Source: Pasteurella multocida
GTDB taxonomy: Bacteria; Pseudomonadota; Gammaproteobacteria; Enterobacterales; Pasteurellaceae
Direction of reading: 5' to 3'
DNA: 32,000 nt
NCBI RefSeq assembly: GCF_900187275.1
Contig: NZ_LT906458.1
Span: forward strand, 960,001 to 992,000
In this document: positions 20,080 to 29,021 of the stretch, one piece after another
How positions within the stretch are numbered: the stretch's first letter is position 1
How the letters are laid out: each line of letters opens with the position of its first letter
Position numbers and translations under genes: made by a program
The notes under the pieces: generated by a model
What the model saw: only the letters and a program-made list of their open reading frames with translations
What the model was told of the DNA's origin: nothing
The model's database searches: none

Positions 20080-21216
20080 TTAATTCGCTTTCCATTCACC
20101 ATTCACGGCTGTACCCAACACGTTAAAATCATTTGTGAATGCTGTTAAATTCGCGATTTTACCCACTTCAATTGAGCCAAGTTTATGGTCCACACCAATT
20201 GCTTTAGCAGGATAGTAATTACACATACGCAATGTCTCATCCAATGGAATGCCAACTTCCTGTACCGCATTTTTCACTGACTCAATCATCGTGATTGCAG
20301 CGCCACCTAATGTACCATTGCTATCATAGCATTTACCATCACGCACATAGACGGTTTTACCGACGAAAACAAAGGAGTCAATGTCTGCACCGGCTGCAGC
20401 AGTTGCATCTGTCACAATGCACAATTTGTCACCTTTTACTTTCTTGTCGAGTCGTATATTGCCATAATCAACGTGTAAACCATCCACAATAATACCTGTA
20501 TAGATATCAGAATCTAATACGGCGCCCACTACTCCCATCGCTCGTCCAGAGCTGATTGGTGACATTGCATTATGTAAATGGGTTGCAAAACTCGCCCCTT
20601 TCTCAATAGCCTGTTGTGCGACATCGTAAGTCGCATTCGAGTGTCCAAGCGAGACGATAATCCCTTTTTCAACAAAGTCTGGAATATACTGTGCCGTTGG
20701 ATTTTCGGCTGCCAACGTGATTTTAGTAATCACATCTGCATTATCACACAAGAATGTTTTCATTTCTGGGCTTATCGCACGAATATATTCTTCGCGATGT
20801 ACTCCTTTTTTCTCAACACTCAAATAAGGTCCTTCAAAGTGTAAACCTAATGCTTGATTTTTATACTGAGTTAAATACTCACGCATCACCTTCACTGCGT
20901 CTTTCATTCCTTCATCAGGTGACGTAATAAAGGTTGGTAAATAACTTGTCGTGCCGGATTTCAAATTAGTTTCTTGCATGATCTCTAACGTCTTCACGCT
21001 AATATCTTCATTAAACATCACGCCACCACAGCCATTTAATTGAAGATCAATAAAACCTGCGGTTAAATTATTCCCTTGTAAATCAATTTTCTGAAGATTT
21101 TCTGGCACGTCTTCTACGGGTAGAATTGCACTAATTTTATCGCCATCGACAACAAGCGCTTTACCATAAAGTACGTCTTTTGCAGTGTAAATTACGGCAT
21201 TAACAAACGCGTACAT
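20080..21216 (-). CDS. nagA: N-acetylglucosamine-6-phosphate deacetylase
   Basis: 378-aa amidohydrolase-fold ORF (GFIDLQLNGCGG, HFEGPY, SLGHSNAT, THLHNAM, VTDA), located downstream of nagB. Confidence 0.95.
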   Translation of the reverse strand: MYAFVNAVIYTAKDVLYGKALVVDGDKISAILPVEDVPENLQKIDLQGNNLTAGFIDLQLNGCGGVMFNEDISVKTLEIMQETNLKSGTTSYLPTFITSPDEGMKDAVKVMREYLTQYKNQALGLHFEGPYLSVEKKGVHREEYIRAISPEMKTFLCDNADVITKITLAAENPTAQYIPDFVEKGIIVSLGHSNATYDVAQQAIEKGASFATHLHNAMSPISSGRAMGVVGAVLDSDIYTGIIVDGLHVDYGNIRLDKKVKGDKLCIVTDATAAAGADIDSFVFVGKTVYVRDGKCYDSNGTLGGAAITMIESVKNAVQEVGIPLDETLRMCNYYPAKAIGVDHKLGSIEVGKIANLTAFTNDFNVLGTAVNGEWKAN

Positions 21217-21228
21217 GCTTATCTCCTT

Positions 21229-22032
21229 TTATTTCACGCTACGAATAGCAGAGGCTTCTAATTCAGTAAAATATTTAACTGTTTTCACTTTAAGCTCTTG
21301 CGTCGCAGGTTCATCACACACAATAATCGCTCGGCGATGCATTTGTAATGCGGTGACGGTCCATAAATGATTGATGCTACCTTCTACAGCGGCTTGTAAA
21401 GCTTGAGCTTTATTATAACCTGTGACTAAAATCATCACTTCTTCTGCATCAAGTAACGTCCCCACACCAATGGTGAGTGCATATTTAGGCACTTTATTCA
21501 CATCGTTATCAAAGAAACGTGAGTTGGCAATTAGCGTATCTTCTGTAAGCGTTTTTATACGCGTACGTGAGGAAAGGGATGAAGCCGGTTCATTAAAAGC
21601 AATATGGCCATCTACACCAACACCGCCCATAAATAAATGAATTTTGCCATAAGACTTGATTTTCTCTTCATAACGCTGACATTCGGCATCATGATCTTCG
21701 GTATTACCATTTAAGATATTGATATTTTTCTCTTGAATATCAACATGATCAAAAAAGTTTTTATACATGAAAGAATGGTAGCTTTCAGGATGTTCTTTTG
21801 GTAAACCAACATACTCATCCATATTGAAGGTCACAACATGTTTAAAGCTCACCTCACCCGCTTTATACAGCTCAATAAGCGCCTCATAGGTTTTCAGCGG
21901 AGTACCACCCGTAGGCAAACCTAATACGAATGGGCGCGCTTCTGTTGGTTGAAATTGATTAATACGATCAACAATATAACGTGCAGACCATTTTGCGACT
22001 TGATCAACATTGTGTAATGGAATTAAACGCAT
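21229..22032 (-). CDS. nagB: Glucosamine-6-phosphate deaminase
   Basis: 267-aa ORF, about 75-80% identical by eye to E. coli NagB (MRLIPL.., [43 protein letters not shown]). Confidence 0.96.
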   Translation of the reverse strand: MRLIPLHNVDQVAKWSARYIVDRINQFQPTEARPFVLGLPTGGTPLKTYEALIELYKAGEVSFKHVVTFNMDEYVGLPKEHPESYHSFMYKNFFDHVDIQEKNINILNGNTEDHDAECQRYEEKIKSYGKIHLFMGGVGVDGHIAFNEPASSLSSRTRIKTLTEDTLIANSRFFDNDVNKVPKYALTIGVGTLLDAEEVMILVTGYNKAQALQAAVEGSINHLWTVTALQMHRRAIIVCDEPATQELKVKTVKYFTELEASAIRSVK

Positions 22033-22209
22033 AATGTGTTACCTCTTTTTGTATGTAAAATTACTGTGAAATCAAGGATTCCCCTATCGCCAACACCATT
22101 TTGAAATATTGCCATCAATTTTTTTTTCAACATGGAGTTTTGATTTTTTTTGCATTATAAAATAAGTGATTTTAAATAGCCAATAAAAATTCATCCCCGT
22201 GGGATATTT

Positions 22210-22225
22210 AGTGATGAGAATCACA
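22210..22225. promoter_or_regulatory. CRP site in the nagB-nagE divergent control region
   Basis: AGTGATGAGAATCACA matches TGTGA-N6-TCACA at 9/10. Its centre (22217.5) is about 60 bp upstream of the TSS predicted from the TATAGT -10 (class I spacing). Confidence 0.5.
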
Positions 22226-22238
22226 AAAACAACAGTTT

Positions 22239-22258
22239 TAATTTGCAATAGAAAATTA
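22239..22258. promoter_or_regulatory. AT-rich palindrome overlapping the nagE -35/spacer (candidate repressor operator, NagC/Mlc-like)
   Basis: TAATTT-N8-AAATTA is a perfect 6-bp inverted repeat that overlaps the predicted -35 hexamer. The regulator is unknown and no nagC lies in the window. Confidence 0.3.
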
Positions 22259-22270
22259 TCAGCATATAGT
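22242..22270 (+). promoter_or_regulatory. Predicted sigma-70 promoter of the PTS EIICB gene
   Basis: -35 TTTGCA (22242-22247), a 17-bp spacer, then -10 TATAGT (22265-22270). The SD AAGGAG lies 8 nt upstream of the ATG at 22341. Confidence 0.4.
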
Positions 22271-22279
22271 TAGAGACGC

Positions 22280-22306
22280 TTGAGAAAACGTTTACTTTTT
22301 TCTCAA
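22280..22306 (+). promoter_or_regulatory. 9-bp inverted repeat at the predicted 5' end of the nagE transcript (second operator or 5' RNA hairpin)
   Basis: TTGAGAAAA, 9 nt, TTTTCTCAA. It is a perfect inverted repeat starting about +1 to +3 relative to the predicted TSS. Confidence 0.3.
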
Positions 22307-22340
22307 CAAAATCGAGAGAAAAATATAAAAAGGAGTTCCT

Positions 22341-23798
22341 ATGAGCATTCTAAGTTACTTACAAAGAATTGGGCAAGCATTAATGGTGCCAGTTGCTGCA
22401 CTACCTGCTGCCGCTATCTTAATGGGTATTGGTTACTGGATTGACCCGAATGGTTGGGGTGGAGAAAGTCAGCTTGCTGCCTTCTTGATCAAGTCTGGTG
22501 CCGCCATTATTGACAACATGGCAATTCTGTTCGCCGTTGGTGTGGCATTTGGTATGTCTAAAGATAAACATGGTTCAGCCGCACTGTCGGGCTTAGTGGG
22601 CTTTTTAGTTGTCACCACCTTGCTTTCTCCAGGTGCCGTTGCACAATTACAAGGCATTGCTGCCGATCAAGTCCCTGCCGCATTTGGCAAAATTAACAAC
22701 CAATTTATTGGGATTTTAGTTGGGGTTATTTCTGCTGAATTATATAACCGCTTCCATCAAGTTGAATTACCACCAGCGTTAGCCTTCTTCAGTGGTAAAC
22801 GTTTAGTACCTATCGTGACCTCTGTCGTGATGATCGTTGTGTCTTTCATCCTCATGTACTTATGGCCAGTCATTTTTAATGGTTTAGTTGGTTTTGGTAA
22901 ATCGATCACGGATATTGGCGCAACTGGGGCGGGTATCTATGGTTTCTTAAACCGTCTCTTAATTCCAGTCGGCTTACACCACGCTTTAAACTCAGTGTTC
23001 TGGTTCAATGTGGCGGGTATCAACGATATTCCTAATTTCTTAGGTGGTGCACAATCTCTTGCAAATGGTACTGCCGTTCTTGGTGTAACAGGAATGTATC
23101 AAGCTGGTTTCTTCCCTGTTATGATGTTCGGTTTACCTGCCGCCGCATTAGCAATCTATCATAGTGCAAAACCTGGTAAAAAAGCACAAGTTGCCTCATT
23201 AATGATTGCCGCCTCATTAGCTTCATTCTTCACAGGGGTAACAGAGCCATTAGAATTTGCGTTCATGTTTGTGGCGCCAGTCTTATACGTCATTCACGCT
23301 TTATTAACTGGTCTGTCTGTCTTTATTGCAGCCTCAATGCAATGGATGGCAGGTTTTGGTTTCAGTGCTGGTTTCGTTGATATGGTACTTTCTTCACAAA
23401 ACCCACTGGCTAAAGATTGGTACATGTTACTCGTACAAGGTCTTGTATTCGGTGTGATTTACTATGTCATCTTCCGTGCTGCAATCAAAGCGTTCAATTT
23501 AAAAACACCAGGCCGTGAAGAAGAGGAAGTGGAAATCAATGTGAAAAAAGACGCCTCTCGTGAAGAACGTGCGGCTAACTTCATCGTTGCATTGGGTGGT
23601 AAAGACAACTTCCAAGCTATCGATGCTTGTATTACTCGCTTACGTTTAACATTAGTTGATCGTAGCAAAGTGAATGAAGAGCAATTAAAAGCACTAGGCT
23701 CAAAAGGTAATGTCAAATTAGGTGACAATGGTTTACAAGTGATTCTTGGACCTGAAGCTGAGCTAGTAGCGGATGCAATCAAACAACAAGTCAAGTAA
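22341..23798 (+). CDS. nagE: PTS N-acetylglucosamine/glucose-family EIICB component (no EIIA domain)
   Basis: The 485-aa ORF is colinear with the EIIC and EIIB parts of E. coli NagE. EIIC motifs include GFLNRLLIPVGLHH and FLTGVTEPLEFAFMFVAP. EIIB carries the phosphorylation Cys in AIDACITRLRL. The ORF ends where the E. coli EIIA domain would begin. It is divergent from nagBA. Confidence 0.88.
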   Translation: MSILSYLQRIGQALMVPVAALPAAAILMGIGYWIDPNGWGGESQLAAFLIKSGAAIIDNMAILFAVGVAFGMSKDKHGSAALSGLVGFLVVTTLLSPGAVAQLQGIAADQVPAAFGKINNQFIGILVGVISAELYNRFHQVELPPALAFFSGKRLVPIVTSVVMIVVSFILMYLWPVIFNGLVGFGKSITDIGATGAGIYGFLNRLLIPVGLHHALNSVFWFNVAGINDIPNFLGGAQSLANGTAVLGVTGMYQAGFFPVMMFGLPAAALAIYHSAKPGKKAQVASLMIAASLASFFTGVTEPLEFAFMFVAPVLYVIHALLTGLSVFIAASMQWMAGFGFSAGFVDMVLSSQNPLAKDWYMLLVQGLVFGVIYYVIFRAAIKAFNLKTPGREEEEVEINVKKDASREERAANFIVALGGKDNFQAIDACITRLRLTLVDRSKVNEEQLKALGSKGNVKLGDNGLQVILGPEAELVADAIKQQVK

Positions 23799-23818
23799 CA
23801 TATTTACTTGAAAACAAG

Positions 23819-23844
23819 GGCGAAAAATTATTATTTTTCGCCCT
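23819..23844. terminator. Bidirectional terminator between nagE and uup
   Basis: GGGCGAAAAAT, loop TATT, ATTTTTCGCCC (11-bp stem), followed by TTTTCTCTTTT on the plus strand. Confidence 0.8.
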
Positions 23845-23883
23845 TTTCTCTTTTGTAAATACCGTCAAATCCTACGACATCAA

Positions 23884-25833
23884 TTAGCCTGATTTACTTA
23901 AATTTTGTTTTTCCTCTAAGCTTTCCCAACGCATAAACGCTTCTTCTAATGCTTGCTCAGCTTCGGCTAATGCTTGCAATTTTGCAGAGGTGTATTCATG
24001 CGATTGCTGAAAAAATTCACTACCCGCAATTTCAGCTTGTAAGGAATTGATTTCCGCTTCTAACGTTTCCAAACGTTGGGGCAATTGTTCTAACTCGCGT
24101 TGTTCTTTATAAGTCAGTTTTATTGCTTTGGTTTGAGATTTGTTGGAAACAGAATTTTTCGTGATATCGACCGCACTTTCTAAACTTGCAGGCTTTTTCT
24201 GTTTCAACACGGCTTGTTCTGCTTTATGCGCAAAATAGTTAGCTTGTTGCTGTTTCGCTTCATGGAATCCACCGACATATTCATTCACAATCCCTTCGCC
24301 TTCAAAAATGAAACATTCCGCAGCGGTATTATCAATAAATTGGCGATCGTGACTCACGATTAATAGCGTACCCTGATAGTCTGTTAGAATTTCTTCTAAT
24401 AGTTCCAGCGTTTCAACATCAAGATCATTGGTCGGTTCATCCAAAATCAGTAAGTTGTTAGGTTTGAGTAATAATTTTGCTAACAATAAACGGTTCCGCT
24501 CTCCACCTGATAACGCTTTCACAGGTGTCATCGCCCGCTTCGGAGGAAAGAGAAAATCTTGTAAATAACCTAAGACATGACGTTTAATGCCATTCACTTC
24601 AATATCTTGTTTGCCGTCAGCCACATTATCCATCACCGTTTTTTCTGGATCAAGTTCAGCACGATATTGATCAAAATAAGCAATATCCAATTTGGTCCCA
24701 CAACGTACAGTACCTGAAGTTGGTTGAATTTCACCAAGTAACAATTTAATAAATGTCGTCTTACCACAACCATTCGGTCCCACTAAGGCAATTTTATCAC
24801 CTCGTAAAATGGTGGTACTGAAATCTTTTAATAAGGTTTTGCCTGCCACTTGATAAGTCACATTGTCCATCTCAAACACCATTTTGCCTGAACGACTAGA
24901 ATTATCGAGTTGGAGTTTTGCCGTACCAAGTACTTCACGACGTTGACGACGTTCTTCACGCAAAGCTTTTAAGGCGCGAACTCGTCCCTCATTACGCGTT
25001 CTACGTGCTTTAATCCCCTGTCGAATCCAAACTTCTTCTTGAGCCAATTTTTTATCAAATAACTCATTTTGTAGGGCCTCTACGCGGAGATTTTCTTCTT
25101 TTGTACTAAGGTATAAATCATAATCCCCCGGATAAGACACTAATTTGCCACGGTCTAAATCCACAATACGGGTCGCCATTTTACGAATAAAAGCGCGGTC
25201 ATGAGAAATAAAAATAATGCTCCCCGAAAAACCAAGTAAAAAGTTTTCTAACCATTCAATCGCATCCACATCTAAATGGTTGGTCGGTTCATCTAATAAC
25301 AACACATCAGGATCACAAACAAGCGCACGGGCTAATGCGGCTTTACGTAACCAACCACCCGATAATTCAGATAACAAGGTATCCGGATGTAAAGATAATG
25401 TCGCCAACACGTCTTTAATTTTACTTTCAAAACGCCAAGCGTCCGCATGATCTAACTTTGCTTGCACTTGTGCCAGTTGATTTAAGACCACATCACTGCA
25501 GTCCTGTTCCAACAACAAAGAAATGCGATGGTAATCTTTTAATAAATCGGCTAAATGTTCAATGCCTTCGGCGACATAATCAAACACATTGCCACTCGCA
25601 TGACGCGGTGGATCTTGCTCTAAACGGGACACGACAATCTCTTTTTCAAACTGTAAACGCCCATCATCCATGATGACATCACCCGCCAAGATTTTCATTA
25701 GCGTAGATTTACCTGCGCCATTACGTCCAACTAAACAAACCCGCTCACCGGCTTCAATATGCAAGTCGGTATGATCTAATAAAGGATGATCACTAAAGGA
25801 AAGATATCCATTGGTGAGAGAAATGAGTGCCAT
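23884..25833 (-). CDS. uup: ABC-F family ATPase Uup
   Basis: 649-aa ORF with two ABC cassettes (GRNGAGKST and GPNGCGKTT, two LSGG signatures), an inter-domain linker and a C-terminal coiled-coil. It is colinear with E. coli Uup and has no TM domain. Confidence 0.93.
   Translation of the reverse strand: MALISLTNGYLSFSDHPLLDHTDLHIEAGERVCLVGRNGAGKSTLMKILAGDVIMDDGRLQFEKEIVVSRLEQDPPRHASGNVFDYVAEGIEHLADLLKDYHRISLLLEQDCSDVVLNQLAQVQAKLDHADAWRFESKIKDVLATLSLHPDTLLSELSGGWLRKAALARALVCDPDVLLLDEPTNHLDVDAIEWLENFLLGFSGSIIFISHDRAFIRKMATRIVDLDRGKLVSYPGDYDLYLSTKEENLRVEALQNELFDKKLAQEEVWIRQGIKARRTRNEGRVRALKALREERRQRREVLGTAKLQLDNSSRSGKMVFEMDNVTYQVAGKTLLKDFSTTILRGDKIALVGPNGCGKTTFIKLLLGEIQPTSGTVRCGTKLDIAYFDQYRAELDPEKTVMDNVADGKQDIEVNGIKRHVLGYLQDFLFPPKRAMTPVKALSGGERNRLLLAKLLLKPNNLLILDEPTNDLDVETLELLEEILTDYQGTLLIVSHDRQFIDNTAAECFIFEGEGIVNEYVGGFHEAKQQQANYFAHKAEQAVLKQKKPASLESAVDITKNSVSNKSQTKAIKLTYKEQRELEQLPQRLETLEAEINSLQAEIAGSEFFQQSHEYTSAKLQALAEAEQALEEAFMRWESLEEKQNLSKSG
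24170..24178 (-). repeat. USS core
   Basis: ACCGCACTT, within uup. Confidence 0.9.
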
Positions 25834-25874
25834 AATGCCTCTTTGTTAAAATACTTTTTATAAAAATACAAATG

Positions 25875-25906
25875 CTGTTTTCACAACAGGGATAAGCACA
25901 TTATCC
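25875..25906 (-). terminator. Tandem hairpins downstream of the dGTPase-like gene (possible operon terminator)
   Basis: The minus strand reads GGATAA-TGTGC-TTATCC, then CTGTT-GTGAA-AACAG, followed by CATTTGTATTTTT. The stems are short, so this call is weak. Confidence 0.3.
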
Positions 25907-25948
25907 ACATTGTCTAGACTGCGTTGACCAACATTACAGACAGTAATC

Positions 25949-27301
25949 CTATAACTGTTGATAAACTCGCAAGGCATAGGCATCAGACATACCCGCCATG
26001 TAATCACAGATAACCCGTTTTTTGCCTTCTTTGCTTGCCTGTTGCCAACGCTTGGCGGTATTACGTGGTAGTAAACGTTCTGGATCAGATTCAAAAATTT
26101 GGAACATTTCCGTTAAGATACGTTGTCCTTTGTATTCAATCCGTTGTGTATCAACATTTAAGATCACATGATCACGTACAAATGCTTTAAAAATCTGCAA
26201 TACTGCTTCCACTTCTGCTGGTAACTGCGCATTATAGCGTAATAATGGTTCATTAAAATCGTCCGTTAATGTCCAACGTACGCTTGTGATAAAATAATTG
26301 ACGAGCGCACCAATGGCGTTTTTACGTAAATAATGCTGATCCGAAAAAAGCTTTTCCGTGATAGCATCAATATGTTTTTGAATCCATTCAGACGGACAAT
26401 TTTTCAAAGCGGTGAGCGCACTTTGCCATTGGTGTAAATTCACCATCCCCACCACAATCGCGTCTTCTAAATCATGCACCCCATAAGCAATGTCATCAGC
26501 TAATTCCATGAGGCTACAATCTAACGACTTGAATTTGGTTTTTAAAATTTGGCTAGGATCTGACCGCACTTGTTTAAATTGCCCAAATAAATCACGATCT
26601 TTTACTGACAGCGGTTCCAGTAGCCACTCAAACATCGGCAAATCATCACGAAAGAGTCCTTTTCCTGGTCGCCACCCATTCATCTTGACATAACGCGAAT
26701 CGGCATTTGGTTCTGGAGCGAGTTCGGCATATTGGGCTGAAGAAATATCTAAAATCGTTGGGTATTTCACAATACCCAAAAGGGTACGGCGAGTTAAATT
26801 CATCCCTGCATTTGGTGTATAAGGTTCTAATTTGGTGAGTAAGCGAAATGTTTGTGCGTTACCTTCAAATCCACCATGCTCTCGCATCATGTAATTCAGT
26901 GCGACTTCGCCACCATGACCAAAAGGAGGATGACCGATATCATGAGCAAAACATAAACTTTCAATCAGATCATTACTCGGCAACAAGCCTTTCAACGTTT
27001 TTTGTAATTCTGTTTTATCTTGTTGCATTTGCTGCGCTAAGGCAGTAAATGCCTCACTAAAACGCATTTGTGCAACCAAACTGCTACCGATTTGTGCTAC
27101 TTCTAAGGAATGTGTCAGACGTGTGCGATAAAAATCATTCTCACCAACCGCATGAATTTGTGTTTTTGCCTGCAAACAACGAAATGCGGCGGAATGTAAA
27201 ATACGCCCTCGATCTCGACGGAAAGGCGGGCGATGATCTTTTTCACGCGGTTTATCCGCAATAAAGCGTGATTGCCAAATTGGATCAACTTGATTATTCA
27301 T
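25949..27301 (-). CDS. dGTPase-like dNTP triphosphohydrolase (HD domain, Dgt family)
   Basis: 450 aa from ATG 27301. HD-domain motifs are [14 protein letters not shown] and [15 protein letters not shown], with C-terminal [17 protein letters not shown] typical of dGTPase-like proteins. The ATG is 1 nt downstream of the lrgB/yohK stop. The 15 extra codons in the ORF track overlap yohK. Confidence 0.9.
   Translation of the reverse strand: MNNQVDPIWQSRFIADKPREKDHRPPFRRDRGRILHSAAFRCLQAKTQIHAVGENDFYRTRLTHSLEVAQIGSSLVAQMRFSEAFTALAQQMQQDKTELQKTLKGLLPSNDLIESLCFAHDIGHPPFGHGGEVALNYMMREHGGFEGNAQTFRLLTKLEPYTPNAGMNLTRRTLLGIVKYPTILDISSAQYAELAPEPNADSRYVKMNGWRPGKGLFRDDLPMFEWLLEPLSVKDRDLFGQFKQVRSDPSQILKTKFKSLDCSLMELADDIAYGVHDLEDAIVVGMVNLHQWQSALTALKNCPSEWIQKHIDAITEKLFSDQHYLRKNAIGALVNYFITSVRWTLTDDFNEPLLRYNAQLPAEVEAVLQIFKAFVRDHVILNVDTQRIEYKGQRILTEMFQIFESDPERLLPRNTAKRWQQASKEGKKRVICDYMAGMSDAYALRVYQQL
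26563..26571 (-). repeat. USS core
   Basis: ACCGCACTT, within the dGTPase-like gene. Confidence 0.9.
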
Positions 27302-27302
27302 A

Positions 27303-28001
27303 CTATGCCATAAAGAAATAAAGGATTTTAAAGGTGATCGGTGCAAGAATAGACGTCATAATGCCACATAATACGAGGGCAATGGAACTATAACTGCCAG
27401 CTTTTTGATCGCTTTCCATGCAAGTGACTGTACCTAAGGCATGGGAAATGGCACCAATGGCTAATCCTCGCGCTTCCGCATGTTTGACTTTTAATTTTTT
27501 TAACGTAAGCAAACCTAGTACAGAACCTTGTAATCCCGCTATCACAACCCCCACCGCAGCAATCGAGGGTATGCCACCCAATCCTTGAGACACCGCCATC
27601 GCAATAGGCGTCGTGACCGATTTCGGCAATACTGTGGCAACCATTTCTGGTGTGGCGCCTAAGTATAAGGCTAAACCAGCGCCTGAAAGCATAGAAAGCA
27701 ATGAAGCCAAGCATGTTATCAATAAAATATTTTTCCAATAACGACTAATTTGATGTAACTGTTCATATAATGGTACGGCAAGCGCGACAATACTGATACC
27801 TAATAAATTATTTAAGGGCGCATTGCCTTGTAAATAATCATCATAAGAAATGTCAATGGTTAACAAGATGACCACGAGCAAGGTCACAGTTAAAACAAAG
27901 GAATTGAATAAAATCGATTTCCAATGTCGGCTGATTTTCACCGCCACTGCGAAGGCAAGCAACGTTAAAAAAGAATAACCATACAGACTCCAATTCATCA
28001 T
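27303..28001 (-). CDS. yohK: LrgB/CidB-family membrane protein (YohK homologue)
   Basis: 232-aa polytopic ORF colinear with E. coli YohK ([38 protein letters not shown]). Its start overlaps the yohJ stop (ATGA). Confidence 0.9.
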   Translation of the reverse strand: MMNWSLYGYSFLTLLAFAVAVKISRHWKSILFNSFVLTVTLLVVILLTIDISYDDYLQGNAPLNNLLGISIVALAVPLYEQLHQISRYWKNILLITCLASLLSMLSGAGLALYLGATPEMVATVLPKSVTTPIAMAVSQGLGGIPSIAAVGVVIAGLQGSVLGLLTLKKLKVKHAEARGLAIGAISHALGTVTCMESDQKAGSYSSIALVLCGIMTSILAPITFKILYFFMA

Positions 28002-28408
28002 ACTTTCTCCGCTTGTTTTCTGGCGACTTTTTTACGTAAATGAGAAAAAGAGCTTAAGGAAAATAAATAATCTGAAAGTAAACCGACAACAATCAATGTT
28101 AAGAAAGTGCTTACAATATTAGGTAATAACAAGACGTTCATTTGGCTAAATAACACATCCGCATATTTTATCACCCCAACACTCACTGGCACGAATAATA
28201 GTGCCATATAACGAATTAATAAACTGGCTGAACATAACACCCAATCTAACTTAATTATCCTAAACGTTAACCCCAAAAATAACAGTAACAATCCCCAAAT
28301 ACTGGCAGGAATACCAATATTAAGATGATGTGCAATCCACTCACCGATGAATAACATCAAATACAAAATCCCGCATGAACGAGCTAAATCAACTATTTTC
28401 CGAGTCAT
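27998..28408 (-). CDS. yohJ: LrgA/CidA-family (holin-like) membrane protein (YohJ homologue)
   Basis: 136 aa from ATG 28408, preceded by the SD GGAGTAAAA (E. coli YohJ is 132 aa). It has four TM segments and the conserved LIRYMALLFVPVSVGV. Upstream in-frame ATGs lack an SD. Confidence 0.85.
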   Translation of the reverse strand: MTRKIVDLARSCGILYLMLFIGEWIAHHLNIGIPASIWGLLLLFLGLTFRIIKLDWVLCSASLLIRYMALLFVPVSVGVIKYADVLFSQMNVLLLPNIVSTFLTLIVVGLLSDYLFSLSSFSHLRKKVARKQAEKV

Positions 28409-28537
28409 TTTTACTCCATCGTTGTTGACAATAAAACACATTGTCTTAATAAAAATGAGGGAATATTTTACTCCCATTTTGTTTCTTTTGTTAGTTTTTA
28501 GGTAGAATATGTGCATTTTATAAGGATTTTTCATAAT

Positions 28538-29020
28538 ATGTATAAAAAATTAGCGCTTATCACCCTGTGTTGTCTATGTTTTACACACTGCAGTCAAGCC
28601 AGTCGTTCGATACCTTGTCAGGTGATTGGTATTACCGATGGCGACACGTTAACTTGTCTATTACAAAACAAGAAATCGCTTCGTGTTCGCTTAGCTGAAA
28701 TTGATGCGCCAGAAAAAAACCAACCTTTCGGTACGAAATCAAAACAATTTCTCGCGAAATTAGTCTATAAAAAGCCGGTACAATTCCGCATTTTAGGTAA
28801 AGACCACTACCAACGCACTTTAGCTGTTGTTTATAATGCACAGCACGAAAATGTGAATATCGAAATGGTGAAATCTGGTATGGCTTGGGCATATCCGCGT
28901 TATAATCACGATCCAATGTATTTGCGCGCGCAACAAGCCGCCATGAAAGCCCGTCTTGGATTATGGCAAGACACTCACCCAATCCCTCCTGAGCAATGGC
29001 GCAGACAAAAGAGAAAATAA
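28538..29020 (+). CDS. Exported staphylococcal-nuclease-fold (thermonuclease family) nuclease
   Basis: 160 aa from ATG 28538. It has an N-terminal signal peptide (MYKKLALITLCCLCFTHCSQA) and SNase motifs (GDTL.., VRLAEIDAPE, DHYQRTLAVVY, MVKSGMAWAY, ARLGLWQ). Confidence 0.85.
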   Translation: MYKKLALITLCCLCFTHCSQASRSIPCQVIGITDGDTLTCLLQNKKSLRVRLAEIDAPEKNQPFGTKSKQFLAKLVYKKPVQFRILGKDHYQRTLAVVYNAQHENVNIEMVKSGMAWAYPRYNHDPMYLRAQQAAMKARLGLWQDTHPIPPEQWRRQKRK

Positions 29021-29021
29021 G

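Noticed and set aside
22119-22151. Homopolymer tracts, considered as phase-variation switches. They are T9 at 22119-22127 and T8 at 22144-22151 in the nagB-nagE control region, and A/T runs of 7-8 inside rec2 and msbA.
   Set aside because: The tracts are short for Haemophilus contingency loci, which use long tetranucleotide or dinucleotide repeats. The coding ones encode ordinary Phe/Lys codons in essential or core genes. No tetranucleotide repeat arrays occur anywhere in the window.
25949-27301. The dGTPase-like gene, considered as an anti-phage dNTP-depletion defence gene.
   Set aside because: The context is housekeeping. It is translationally coupled to yohJK and flanked by uup and core metabolic genes. 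No neighbouring defence genes, mobile elements or compositional shift are visible. Sequence alone cannot separate defensive from housekeeping clades.
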